Origin: a virus
Lineage: Duplodnaviria; Heunggongvirae; Uroviricota; Caudoviricetes
DNA length: 64,000 nucleotides
Virus record (IMG/VR): IMGVR_UViG_2648501802_000002
Strand: one strand, 5' to 3'
Under the pieces are notes generated by a model. It did no database searches and had not been told where the DNA came from. It saw only the letters and a list, made by a program, of their open reading frames with translations. A program made the position numbers and the translations under genes. Shown here in pieces: positions 18,888 through 28,725 of the stretch; positions within the stretch are counted from its first letter, which is position 1; every line of letters starts with the position of its first letter.

Positions 18888-21864
18888 TATTTAGCTCCTT
18901 TGCCACACCTAATAACAGTTCCAGCAATCCGTCACCATTCATCAGTGATGCGGCAGCGGCCTCTTTGTCATGATACAACTGAAGAGCCATAGAGAACACT
19001 TCCGTTGCTGACGTTTTGGAAATTGTCGGAGATTTGTGTCGAAATTTACCAGAATTACTCACTGAGACAGGCGGGTATACCTTCGCCATATAAATATCAC
19101 TCAATCGAGATCTGAAGCACCATTCAGGCTTGCCACGCCCACCGATATTAACGAAAGATGGCTTATCCCCTTCAACATTGGCCTTCAGGAATGACCTGGC
19201 TTTCTCTAACAAACCCGGGTTACTGTACTCAAGATGATGACCCAGCTCGTGCCACAGTGCATTTGCATTTTCATCGTGCAAATCGACAGCAACAACACCA
19301 TTAAGATTTGCATACGCCCTACCCTTGTGGTGAATTACCCTTGATAAGGTTGATATTTTCCCGCCGGTCAGGCGATAAATATCAGCAAGTTCCTTGCGCA
19401 GGTCTATTCCACCATTCTGTCCAGCGCGGGCTTCTTCCACTTCTTCCGTGATAAAAGAGTCGGCCCACTCAAGAGCTTTTTCTTCTGATACGGATGAGTT
19501 GGTGATCGCACTGTTCATGGCAGATAACACTTTCTCGTAGACCGAATCCATACTTCGCTGATTCATTTGCCAGCGTTTCTGCGGGATATATGAAAATCGA
19601 TTGAGTAGCTGGTCAAGCTGCTCAAGTTCTTCTTCACTGACATGCTTTTTAGCCTCACCAATAATGCTGGGGAGAATAATGCCGTTAGGATTAAACGCTC
19701 GCGAAAGGAAGAGTTTCAGCGCCCCCATGCCCTCCGATGCTTCAATATCACCAATAACACGGTTAACAATGGCCGCATTCTTCGGATTAACGTCCTCCAA
19801 CGCCCTAGCTACGATTTGCAGGGACGATACGACCTCACGCTGCATATCCGTCCTGATCTCATCAATTAACTCTGGCGTTATGCCGTGCTCTTTAAGGATA
19901 TCCCGGCCTTCCGCCGTTACCCCATCGATATCACCGACATGTTTATTAACACGACTTTGCAATGCCTTAAATGCCTTCAGAATTCCACGGGCATCATCCG
20001 CTTTACTAACGGCCTTCCTGAATGCTGGCAAGAAGTCTGAGTTAACCTCATTTTGTTGATCGGCCCACTGAATGGAGGCTTCCTTCATCTCGTCCAGAGT
20101 CAGATCACCCAACGCGGTATGGTCTGTGAATATGAGCGATAACCTCTGAACCATTTCTGCCAATGGTGATACTGATTGCGCCGCGCTAAGGAATGCTTTC
20201 ACCCTGGTTGGGCGAATGGAAAACCAGTCAATAGCTGGTGGCATATCTCCGTTTTGTATCGCCTGCGCTATCTCATCAAAGCCGTCGCGCCCAAGGGAGG
20301 ATGCGTGATTTAACAATCCGCGAAGTAACGAATTGCTGATACCGAATAATCGGCACCATTTATTCACGTCGGCAACAGGCATTCGAACAAAATGCGCAAG
20401 CACTTGTACAAGCTGTTCATCCTGGGGATCTCTACGGGAAAGCAGCCTTATCAGATGAATAATGTCTTTGATGCCGGATGACCGATGTAATAGCAAGCTG
20501 GTATATGGAGCAACACCGTTGTAACTACCGCCGGAAACGGACTCGAAAAGACCGCCTGATATCCCTTGCATGCCTTCGTTTTCCAGTTCCTGAGACACCT
20601 GGCGAAGGATATCCTGTAACGACACATCACCACCGCCAAACATATCCCCCAGCGCCTGGCCCTGGTGCTGTAACTCATCATTGATACGTTGAGCCATCAA
20701 TTTAAAGGCGGTGGCCATACGCTTCGCGCTACGGTTATTCGCGACGATGAACAACGCGAGAGCTTTCACTTCCGGGGCTGTTTCGCTGAACATATCCCCC
20801 TGAGCAATGACATCGGTAATATGCTGGCCTGACTCCTTCGATTGCCTTACCAGGTCTACCGCATCTTTCAATGCCGCCAGCGCCTTTTTATCGAGGCTAT
20901 CCGCTGTCTCAATGCCATCAACAATAGTTGTCACAGCCTGCTTGTGCGCTTCTCCTGATAAAGCCTGCATCTGGACAAAATCATTGGCTGCCGCATTAAG
21001 CGCCGTCAGAACATTACGCATATCCGGATCAGGTTCTTCTGCAACCATCCTTACCAGGCGCGCATCCTTATATGCCTTGGCAAAGATCGCGTTTTGTATA
21101 CGGTCTACAAGTTGCCGCGTTGGTCGCCCATCTTCCGTTACAAGGCCAGCAGCCTGTGTGGCACCAACTTGCGTCATGAATCCGCGAATAAACGCGTCAT
21201 TACTGCGGCTAAGCAGATCTCCACTTTCTGACGGGTTAAACAACGCCATCATCGCCGGTGTTATGCTGTCGGCATCAACAAAAGCCTTTTCACTGGCTGC
21301 CATTTCCTGGAGATCAGAAATATTTGAGTCCTTGGCAAACTGAACACGGTCAGCCTTCGTTAACCGGCGGCGCACCAGTACCGGAGCCGTCATTGATTCA
21401 ACCTTTTCAGGCCGTATGCCGAATTCGGTCGCATGTTCAATCAGGTACTCCCGATACCGATCCGCATTACCGTCCTGATAGGCTTTAATGATCCCCATGG
21501 TCCGCCCATTACCTGACTCAACGGCATTGTCCTCACCAATTATTGGCGCGCCATGGCTGGATAAACCGGAATCGGTAAGCTGGGCAGGACGCAAATCCTT
21601 GGATATCTGGTTGACCTGAAGAAGGCTGGATGCGCGGGTCCGGTCGCGCGGCTGAAGTTCCTGGGGATAGTCTGGATTAATTTTCCCATCCAGAGTATTG
21701 GATACCAAAAGAACTGAGGCATCGACGATATCAAACGCTGTTTTTACCTCGTCTCCCTTCGCTGTCACCACATACGAAACCCGCCCGTAATCGGGCAGGT
21801 TTTTTAGCAGCTCGATCAGCGTTTCTATGCTGGTGGCCATCACCACCTGATCGCTTAAGCTCAT
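18877..21864 (-). CDS. ddrB: DdrB-like large capsid-associated antirestriction protein with HExxH motif
   Basis: 995-aa ORF; contains HELGHH (zincin-like); size and position (last large gene of the lydA operon) match my recollection of P1 DdrB. Confidence 0.5.
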   Translation of the reverse strand: MSLSDQVVMATSIETLIELLKNLPDYGRVSYVVTAKGDEVKTAFDIVDASVLLVSNTLDGKINPDYPQELQPRDRTRASSLLQVNQISKDLRPAQLTDSGLSSHGAPIIGEDNAVESGNGRTMGIIKAYQDGNADRYREYLIEHATEFGIRPEKVESMTAPVLVRRRLTKADRVQFAKDSNISDLQEMAASEKAFVDADSITPAMMALFNPSESGDLLSRSNDAFIRGFMTQVGATQAAGLVTEDGRPTRQLVDRIQNAIFAKAYKDARLVRMVAEEPDPDMRNVLTALNAAANDFVQMQALSGEAHKQAVTTIVDGIETADSLDKKALAALKDAVDLVRQSKESGQHITDVIAQGDMFSETAPEVKALALFIVANNRSAKRMATAFKLMAQRINDELQHQGQALGDMFGGGDVSLQDILRQVSQELENEGMQGISGGLFESVSGGSYNGVAPYTSLLLHRSSGIKDIIHLIRLLSRRDPQDEQLVQVLAHFVRMPVADVNKWCRLFGISNSLLRGLLNHASSLGRDGFDEIAQAIQNGDMPPAIDWFSIRPTRVKAFLSAAQSVSPLAEMVQRLSLIFTDHTALGDLTLDEMKEASIQWADQQNEVNSDFLPAFRKAVSKADDARGILKAFKALQSRVNKHVGDIDGVTAEGRDILKEHGITPELIDEIRTDMQREVVSSLQIVARALEDVNPKNAAIVNRVIGDIEASEGMGALKLFLSRAFNPNGIILPSIIGEAKKHVSEEELEQLDQLLNRFSYIPQKRWQMNQRSMDSVYEKVLSAMNSAITNSSVSEEKALEWADSFITEEVEEARAGQNGGIDLRKELADIYRLTGGKISTLSRVIHHKGRAYANLNGVVAVDLHDENANALWHELGHHLEYSNPGLLEKARSFLKANVEGDKPSFVNIGGRGKPEWCFRSRLSDIYMAKVYPPVSVSNSGKFRHKSPTISKTSATEVFSMALQLYHDKEAAAASLMNGDGLLELLLGVAKELNNAD

Positions 21865-21876
21865 CCCTGTTACGCC

Positions 21877-22242
21877 TTATGCTGCCTCTTTAATGTTGGC
21901 GGCTATCCATGCCGCCGTGTGCTGTTTAACCTGGTCCAGATCGATGTATGTGCCAACATATTGACTCAAGTCCTGCAACGTACCGATAAATGCATCGGTG
22001 CTCTGATCGACGAATTTATCAGCCAGGAAATCAGCAACCAGTTTTGGCACACCATCATGTACCGAAGGTTGTTTTTCCTCGCCACTACCGCCGCCGGACG
22101 CGCCGTACCCCATCTGTTGCATGATCTGGTCAATTTCATCGCTGATATCCAGCAACTCCATGCCACTCGCGGTAGCCGCTTTGGACATCAGAGCATCCAA
22201 CTTATCGCTGAGATCCATTAACTCAATAGCTGATAGTGTCAT
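21877..22242 (-). CDS. ddrA: DdrA-like protein
   Basis: 121-aa ORF between darA-like and ddrB-like genes. Confidence 0.4.
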   Translation of the reverse strand: MTLSAIELMDLSDKLDALMSKAATASGMELLDISDEIDQIMQQMGYGASGGGSGEEKQPSVHDGVPKLVADFLADKFVDQSTDAFIGTLQDLSQYVGTYIDLDQVKQHTAAWIAANIKEAA

Positions 22243-24158
22243 GCCGCTACCCCCGCTTTCTGGATTGCTACCAGCAGATCAGCCAGGTGGCGAGCTGCGC
22301 CGTTAACCAGCTCTTCGTTTTCCTCAAAACGTCCGGCAGCCTGAAGGGCTGCAATCGCTTCCCGGACATTGCCCCGGGCGTTACGGATCTCCGCCATGTC
22401 AGTGCTTTGTATATCCATCACGTTATTGAGATATTCAATGGCTTTATTAGCCTCTGCATCTGCTTCGCTAACCGTTTCATCAGGCTGTGCCGGGGCCGGT
22501 TCTGGCTGAGTAATCTCACCGACTTCGGCCTGCAATGCATTGATCATGCTCTGCACCATTTTCTCGGTGCCAGCGCCCCCAGGAAACGCAATATTGGGGA
22601 AAGTTTTTTGAAACTGAGTTTTCAGCATTACGCGGAACTCGTCTGGTGAGCTGGTGGCCAGCTCCAGAGCTTTTTGTGCATATTTGCCAAACGGACCATT
22701 AGTAAGTGTCTTCGCCAGGAAGTCGAAAGAATCCTCGCGAGGCAATAACTTCAGGTCGTACTCACTCATTTGCTGATCAGAAAGCGGGGTATCGTAAGTA
22801 GCAATGCCGTAGCGTGCATATTCATAATACGGGTCACCTTCATCAGGGCGCGGCAGAATTGCTTTGTTACCTTCAGGTATTGCGCCAGGGGCCGCCGGAC
22901 GCATTTGCAGGGCATATCGATATGCACCTACAGAGACTTCTGGTTCAGGCGAAGAGCTACCGGTATCCTCCGCTGGTTCAGGCTCGACGTTTTCCGGTTT
23001 ATGTTCTTCTGGTTGGACCAGGTATTCCGATACATTACCCGCTTTATAGGCTTTAAACAGCTTGCCGATCGCATCTGCCATGTCCACACCCTGTATGGAT
23101 TTAGCCTTGATCATGTATACGCTGCCATCCGGATCGGTTAACTGGATATACCCTTCGCCGCCCCCAATGAATTGCTTCATTGATGCACCATTACTGAGCG
23201 TCACTTCCCCGTCCATATGCATACGATTTTTGATACTGGCAAGGCGATCCGTCAGCGCGCGAGAGTGCCCACCAGTCATCCCCGCTGGAGCAATGGTATC
23301 GCGCCCACCAGTGCGATTGAGCTGATCAATCTCCGTCTGCAAACGCTCATTCTCTTCATAAAGAGAATCCGCTTCCGATGCAACAGCGTTAATTTTCTGC
23401 TCCAGATCTGCCTTCTGCCCTTCTACCGCTGCCACCTGATCCGCGAGGTCGCTCATGGCATCCTCTTTCTGGTCACTGTCAGCCTGTAGTTGGGTTATTT
23501 CATCAACAAGGGCTTTTTTCTTCTTCTGCGCACGCTGGAATTTTGCCGAGTTTTTCTCTGCAAGGTTGGCAAGTTTCATGGTGACCTGCGCCAGCGTCAT
23601 ATCACGTCCACTCATCGGAGCAACGGTGTGAGTAACGTCTTTTTTATTCAGTAAGAACTGGAAAGCAACCAGCGTATCGCTATTGGTGATCCGGTTTTCC
23701 GCTGTCGGGCTATGAAACAGAATGCTGATAGTCTGACCATCACTGAGCGGAATAATGGCTGGCAGGACTGGCAGCCCGTTAACGTTACGTGCCCGGCCAA
23801 TTTCAGCGCCGCCGATCGCGCGCGCGCCGCTCTGGGCCACATCCCCCGTTTTATCACTCCCCGCAGAGATTCCGGTACCATTCAGCTTCTGGTTCAATGC
23901 CCGGACAAATGCCTGCATGGTCCGGTGTAACTGCAAACGAGTAGAACTAATCGCCTCCAATAAATCCGTAGCACACCAGTGGATCGGCGTGTCATAGAAG
24001 AACGTTGCCTCGATTTCCTCCAGGGTGTTGGATTCCGTCATCAGATAGCGGTCCTGACCAGCCATTAATGCGCGATATTCATCATCAGTCACCGGCGGGG
24101 GAAGCACGTCAAGCCCCGGCTTAATCGTCACCCCTTTATTGATATTGAACTGTTCCAT
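22239..24158 (-). CDS. darA: DarA-like capsid-internal antirestriction protein
   Basis: 639-aa ORF with central coiled-coil; size and order match recollection of P1 DarA precursor. Confidence 0.5.
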   Translation of the reverse strand: MEQFNINKGVTIKPGLDVLPPPVTDDEYRALMAGQDRYLMTESNTLEEIEATFFYDTPIHWCATDLLEAISSTRLQLHRTMQAFVRALNQKLNGTGISAGSDKTGDVAQSGARAIGGAEIGRARNVNGLPVLPAIIPLSDGQTISILFHSPTAENRITNSDTLVAFQFLLNKKDVTHTVAPMSGRDMTLAQVTMKLANLAEKNSAKFQRAQKKKKALVDEITQLQADSDQKEDAMSDLADQVAAVEGQKADLEQKINAVASEADSLYEENERLQTEIDQLNRTGGRDTIAPAGMTGGHSRALTDRLASIKNRMHMDGEVTLSNGASMKQFIGGGEGYIQLTDPDGSVYMIKAKSIQGVDMADAIGKLFKAYKAGNVSEYLVQPEEHKPENVEPEPAEDTGSSSPEPEVSVGAYRYALQMRPAAPGAIPEGNKAILPRPDEGDPYYEYARYGIATYDTPLSDQQMSEYDLKLLPREDSFDFLAKTLTNGPFGKYAQKALELATSSPDEFRVMLKTQFQKTFPNIAFPGGAGTEKMVQSMINALQAEVGEITQPEPAPAQPDETVSEADAEANKAIEYLNNVMDIQSTDMAEIRNARGNVREAIAALQAAGRFEENEELVNGAARHLADLLVAIQKAGVAA

Positions 24159-24159
24159 G

Positions 24160-24771
24160 TTAATTTCCTGCTTTCAGTTGCTTAAGACGGCGTTTGAGTT
24201 CGCCATTCCGTGCCTTTTCGTTATTGAGTCGGCCCGTCTCCTTATCCAACTTCGCCCGCAAATCTGTGATCTGCTGTTGATTGAAAGACACCGAATTCTG
24301 CGCGGACTTATAAGCGGCAACCACCTGAGCATTCCGCTGTTTTGCTTCTTGCAGGCGCTGAAAGTTGGATTTAACTGCCGGTTTCTTGTCTACCGGATTG
24401 GCAACACGCTTCGCTTTGGCGATCAGTGATTTCTGGAATTTCGCAGAGTTTTTGCGGGCCGCTTGCCCCATGACGGTACCAAGCGTCTTGATATCTGGCG
24501 ACTGTGCGTTAGGAATAGATTTTCCATTCAGTTTCACAGCCGATATATCACCAGTATCGTTTACCTGTATGGCAAGAATTTGTCCGTCGTTAAGAACCAG
24601 TTTTGCGGTTTTAACTTTAACGCCATCTTTCGTTGTTGCGCGGTTGCTGGAGTCAACCTCAATTACCGTAACACCGGTTTTATTGATCGCCGCGATAAGG
24701 GATTTCAGCCCCTTTTCATTAACCTGGTCAAAATCGACCGTTGCATACTTATTTTTCGTCATCTGACACAT
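24160..24771 (-). CDS. hdf: Hdf-like protein
   Basis: 203-aa ORF between lydB-like and darA-like genes. Confidence 0.4.
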   Translation of the reverse strand: MCQMTKNKYATVDFDQVNEKGLKSLIAAINKTGVTVIEVDSSNRATTKDGVKVKTAKLVLNDGQILAIQVNDTGDISAVKLNGKSIPNAQSPDIKTLGTVMGQAARKNSAKFQKSLIAKAKRVANPVDKKPAVKSNFQRLQEAKQRNAQVVAAYKSAQNSVSFNQQQITDLRAKLDKETGRLNNEKARNGELKRRLKQLKAGN

Positions 24772-25192
24772 CCTGTGCGAGATTTATTACGTAACTTCTG
24801 CGGATTTGCTGAGTAACAGGGAAAATCCGATACAACGGGTTAATGAACGAGTCGCCATGCGTAACCATGACGTTGAAATGCCACAGTCGCTCTCCTTTAC
24901 CCATATATTCAGTGGGTATGTACAACCATTCACTGTTTTCGCCCTGTTCAGCCGACGTCAGACAACGTTGTTCGCCTTCAATCACTGTCGTCGGCTTCTG
25001 AACATCGCGGATCCAATATCTGACCGTTGCGCCGCGCAAAAACGGGAATTTAGACCGGTATTTGAACGGCACCCGAATGAAACCCGGTTTAATTTCCACA
25101 TCACCAAGTTCTAAATGCGTGATGTCCTTGCGTTTTAGCAAATAGCGATCGGCTAAGGCTAACGCAAGAACGCATACACCCCAGCCAATCAT
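24749..25192 (-). CDS. lydB: LydB-like protein (putative antiholin/lysis regulator)
   Basis: 147-aa ORF with N-terminal hydrophobic segment, directly downstream of holin-like gene. Confidence 0.45.
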   Translation of the reverse strand: MIGWGVCVLALALADRYLLKRKDITHLELGDVEIKPGFIRVPFKYRSKFPFLRGATVRYWIRDVQKPTTVIEGEQRCLTSAEQGENSEWLYIPTEYMGKGERLWHFNVMVTHGDSFINPLYRIFPVTQQIRRSYVINLAQDVSDDEK

Positions 25193-25518
25193 TTCCCACC
25201 TCCCTTTTTCACCAAACTTGTAAGAACATTCAGAATGCTATCGATATTCACTCGTTTCATCCCTGAAATCACCTCATGACCGTTATTGCTGGCTATCGTT
25301 ACCATTAAGTACGTAATTGATAACTCCCAGCCTTCGTGTTGCCCCAATAGGTACGCCACCGCGCCAGCTGTCACTGCAACAAAGATCTCCGTAACCAATC
25401 CCAACAAGTTGCCAGACTGGCGACCATCTCGGACATCCATCAGGAACGTGCCTATCCCACCAATTACTGAAAGCAGGAGCGCAATAGCAACTGGAGCTAA
25501 TTCCTGTGTGTCAAGCAC
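25189..25518 (-). CDS. lydA: LydA-like holin
   Basis: 109-aa ORF with three hydrophobic helices and charged C-terminus KKGGGK. Confidence 0.55.
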   Translation of the reverse strand: MLDTQELAPVAIALLLSVIGGIGTFLMDVRDGRQSGNLLGLVTEIFVAVTAGAVAYLLGQHEGWELSITYLMVTIASNNGHEVISGMKRVNIDSILNVLTSLVKKGGGK

Positions 25519-25590
25519 AAGTTCCCTCCTACGTTGTCAGGAGGTAATGGTATGCAAAGTAACTTCTCAACCGGTCATGTTACTTGACAT

Positions 25591-25616
25591 CCTCCACGTC
25601 CTTTAGAGCGTGGAGG
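25591..25616. other. 8-bp perfect inverted repeat hairpin immediately 5' of the intron-like element
   Basis: CCTCCACG-(10 nt loop)-CGTGGAGG, 4 nt upstream of the GTGCG start at 25621. Confidence 0.4.
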
Positions 25617-25620
25617 ATGT

Positions 25621-26460
25621 GTGCGCCCAGCATGGGCGCGATCTTGGAGGTGAAAGCCCTCCCGCGAGCTGACCACAGCGAGCGAAAGGAAGTGCAACTG
25701 CGTGAGGGCGGCTAGGCGTGGGGAGGAAGCACGGAATGAACCCGTGAGCCGATGAACAAGAATCGGATATGAGGCGCGATGGAGCAAGGCGAGCAGGCAC
25801 ATCACTGCGAAGCTTTCGTGACAAAGTCGCGTAGATCCGACGGTTGTGCGGGGAAGGATCGCGTTCTTACCTGGGGAGTTCTCGCCTCATGCCTGAAAGG
25901 GCAACGTCGTAAGACGGAGCGAGAAGTCAGCAGAGGCCGTAGTAGTCAGGACTCCGACGAAGGGCCGAACGAGAAGGAAAGCCAAAAGATATGACTCTTG
26001 ACAGGACATTGCGTCAGAAGCCGGGGAAGCCCGGTACGGACCCGCATGCCGGGTGGTGTGGCAGGGGCGCAGCCTTGTGCTCCCCCCTATGCCGATCAAG
26101 CAGAACATTGTGCTGGGCCTCTGACGCATCTCCTTGATGGTCTTGGCATCGTGCTTAAGTGGATTGGTGTCGTCTCTGATAGGCTCATGGAGGCAGAATG
26201 AAACTCAAAAATCCGGGACAGCACGCAAAACAGGCTGCACAAAAAGCGCAGGTTGCGTAGGAGTGGAATCCCGCTCCCAAAAAATGGTGCAGAAGTTGCG
26301 GCAGTGGTCATCCGACGCACTGGAAAATAACAAACCCGCCGTGACCAGAATCGGAGGCCTGAGGGAGTGACCGTAAAACCGGATAACCCAGGCAGCAAAT
26401 ACCCGCTGGATGAGGCATGGTTCCGGCAGATAATACCGAAAACCGCCAGACACACTGGAT
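25621..26460 (+). mobile_element. Group II intron 5' fragment (domains I-III-like RNA, no intact maturase ORF); 3' boundary approximate
   Basis: Starts GTGCGCCCAGCATGGGCG (compare Ll.LtrB GTGCGCCCAGATAGGGTG); shares motifs GCGAAAG, AATCGG, GTCGC and CGTAGTAGTC...GAAGGG with LtrB domains I-III; GNRA-rich; only short ORFs on either strand. Confidence 0.5.
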
Positions 26461-26516
26461 AATCAGTAGAAATAACCCATTAAAATCATTATAATAATTG
26501 GGCACATTATTATATT

Positions 26517-27080
26517 ATGCTGAATAATAGAGACATGAATATTAATGAACTTAAAGACTGTATTCACTATGAAGTAATCGGTAGCGAGCGTCCTTTCTCC
26601 TGGCGAAAGGCAATTGTTCGCGCAATAAAACATAGAAGAGTTCGTTATTTATTTTGGTGGCGCATAGCCAAATACCTTTTTGATAAAGGCGGATACTGTC
26701 GGAAGATTGCGGGGAAAATGGAACGTTTCATTCTTGATAAATATAGTGTAACAGTCCCTTTAACTGTAAATATAGGGAAAGGCTTTGATATTTCTTATCT
26801 CAACGGTGTTGTTATCGGTCACAAAGTAACCATTGGTGAAAATTGTTCAATAAAACCAGGGGTAACTATTGGGCTACGTGGTGATTTTAATGATATGGAT
26901 ATTGTTATAGGACATAATGTGACCATTGGTTGTAATGCCACCATTCTTGGTGGCAAAGTGCGTATAGGAAACAATGTCACAATAGGTGCTCATGCATTGG
27001 TATTGCATGATATTCCTGATGATTCAACATTCATCACTAAATTTCAGTCTGAAGTTATCTGCTCGTCCTCTTGCACATAA
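26517..27080 (+). CDS. Hexapeptide-repeat (left-handed beta-helix) acetyltransferase, AT-rich cargo
   Basis: 187-aa ORF with tandem hexapeptide repeats ([23 protein letters not shown]...[34 protein letters not shown]); 3' end overlaps the convergent tfa stop by 37 nt. Confidence 0.7.
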   Translation: MLNNRDMNINELKDCIHYEVIGSERPFSWRKAIVRAIKHRRVRYLFWWRIAKYLFDKGGYCRKIAGKMERFILDKYSVTVPLTVNIGKGFDISYLNGVVIGHKVTIGENCSIKPGVTIGLRGDFNDMDIVIGHNVTIGCNATILGGKVRIGNNVTIGAHALVLHDIPDDSTFITKFQSEVICSSSCT

Positions 27081-27661
27081 CCCTGATTCATCAGCTCTGG
27101 CCATACGATATCCGGAGCTGTACTGGTGTCAATTCGACTCACTAATACTCTGTATTTTCTCCAGGAATCCAGTTGTGAATTTTCCTCGGTTGTTGCTATT
27201 TCAAGATTAACTGCATCCTGCAGAATTGCGATGTTATCTGTTGCCTCCTGAATCAACCTTGCCTTTTTCTCTTCCGCTTCCCGTATCCGAAACAGTTTTT
27301 CTGCTTCCTCATCCTTCACCCAGGATACGCCGTCCCACTTCTGATACTCCCCTGCTGGCGACAACCAGGTGACATTCTCTGGTAACGGTCCGAGTTCAGA
27401 AATAAACAACGCGTCCCCCGATGCCACGTCATAGACCGTTTTACCACGATGGTCTTCAACAATAATCCATGATTCATTTTCACTGTTAAAAACTGCCACA
27501 AAGCCAGCAGGAATTTCCGGTGGGGCGATATCTGTAGAATTAGCTGGTAGCCCTGTATGAGGTGGAATATATGCGTCACCTTCACCAATAAACTCATTAG
27601 TTCCGGCGAGCAGGTTATAAATTTTTACAGTACGTGATTGTTCACTCATTCTGAATGCCAT
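27044..27661 (-). CDS. tfa: Tail fibre assembly protein (lambda Tfa-like) with altered C-terminal tail
   Basis: 205-aa ORF; [60 protein letters not shown]... nearly matches lambda Tfa; last about 16 residues differ. Confidence 0.8.
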   Translation of the reverse strand: MAFRMSEQSRTVKIYNLLAGTNEFIGEGDAYIPPHTGLPANSTDIAPPEIPAGFVAVFNSENESWIIVEDHRGKTVYDVASGDALFISELGPLPENVTWLSPAGEYQKWDGVSWVKDEEAEKLFRIREAEEKKARLIQEATDNIAILQDAVNLEIATTEENSQLDSWRKYRVLVSRIDTSTAPDIVWPELMNQGYVQEDEQITSD

Positions 27662-28552
27662 TATGCAAGCCTCACAATATAATTAAATGCGATGTTTTTA
27701 ACGGTGTTTTCCGAGTTACCAGCAGCGTTAACGGTGATGGTGTGTCCATGTGAACCAATCGCAACAGAGTGCGTATGAGCGCCAATATCAACTGTATGTG
27801 CATGCGCCCCTGCACTTGCAGCGGTGCCTGATACTGAGTGGGTGTGTGCACCAGAAGAAGGCACAGTTCCATTCCCCACCACAGTGCCGCTTGATGAGCC
27901 ATCAAGCCAGTCGAAATTCATACCGCCACCATCTGGTCTCCTTAATGGAACGGTATGAGTATGTGCGCCAGCACTATTTGCAGTACCAGATACATTGTGG
28001 GTATGTGCACCTGTGTTATTCGTTGATTTAGTACCGTAATCAAACGAAGATGTGGTTTTCGTACCCAAATCCGTATTGGATGCGCTGGCGCTGTGGGTGT
28101 GCGATTTAATGCCATCCTGTTCCAGAGACAATACGTCCCGACCACTGGCGGGTTTGCCCTTGATTGTCCAGCCACGCATATCCGGGATCACGCCTGACGG
28201 ATAAGCGGCTGCAAGTTTCGGGTATGCAGATTTGTCAAAAGTCTGTCCCTGCATCAGGGCGTAACCAGACGGCACAGTATCTGATGGCCACGGATGCGGA
28301 ACACCAACAGGAAGGACCTCAATATCCCCGGAACCATCAAACGAAACGTTATTAATTTTACGGGCTGTTTTCAGCTTTGTAGCCGTTGAGGCATTGCCGG
28401 ACAGCTCACCAGAAATGCCACCAACAACTGTTAGATCACCAGTTATTGTGCCGCCTGAACTTTCCAGTTTTTTAGCAACATCACTCTTAATAGAGTCGAT
28501 TTCTTTTTTTCAGATTAGTTATATCTGCTGGTATCGTTGTCACTGTTGCCAT
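27661..28552 (-). CDS. Tail fibre receptor-binding protein (lambda Stf C-terminal domain-like); frame broken at an A7/T7 run
   Basis: ATG at 28552 ([16 protein letters not shown]) then frame switch at T7 run 28504-28510 into ...[40 protein letters not shown]...[11 protein letters not shown], which matches lambda Stf C-terminus. Confidence 0.6.
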
Positions 28553-28725
28553 ATTAATTCCTTACGCCCATTCCCGCAGCGGTTGTTCTAATTGAACTTC
28601 AAAACCATCAAACATTTGTTGTTTCAAACTGTTGTTTAAAATACGAACATTAACGAAGAAGCCATCATTTTTAATCACTGTTGGTTCTTCGTTCTCGCCG
28701 TTTGGTATTTCGGTATATGTAACAC

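Noticed and set aside
19601-23489. Multiple 70-180 aa plus-strand ORFs inside the ddrB and darA regions
   Set aside because: All antisense to long ORFs with coherent structure; Ser/Ala/Arg-rich compositions consistent with chance frames.
25621-26460. Retron msr/msd, RNase P RNA or tmRNA as explanations for the structured non-coding region
   Set aside because: Too long for a retron ncRNA and no reverse transcriptase nearby; no resemblance to remembered M1 RNA or tmRNA sequence; the GTGCG start and shared motifs fit a group II intron better.
25575-26505. Cluster of 60-120 aa ORFs on both strands (e.g. 25603-25824, 26096-26455, 26134-26370)
   Set aside because: Overlapping short frames on both strands in a region better explained as structured RNA (group II intron fragment); none has a start context or protein motif.
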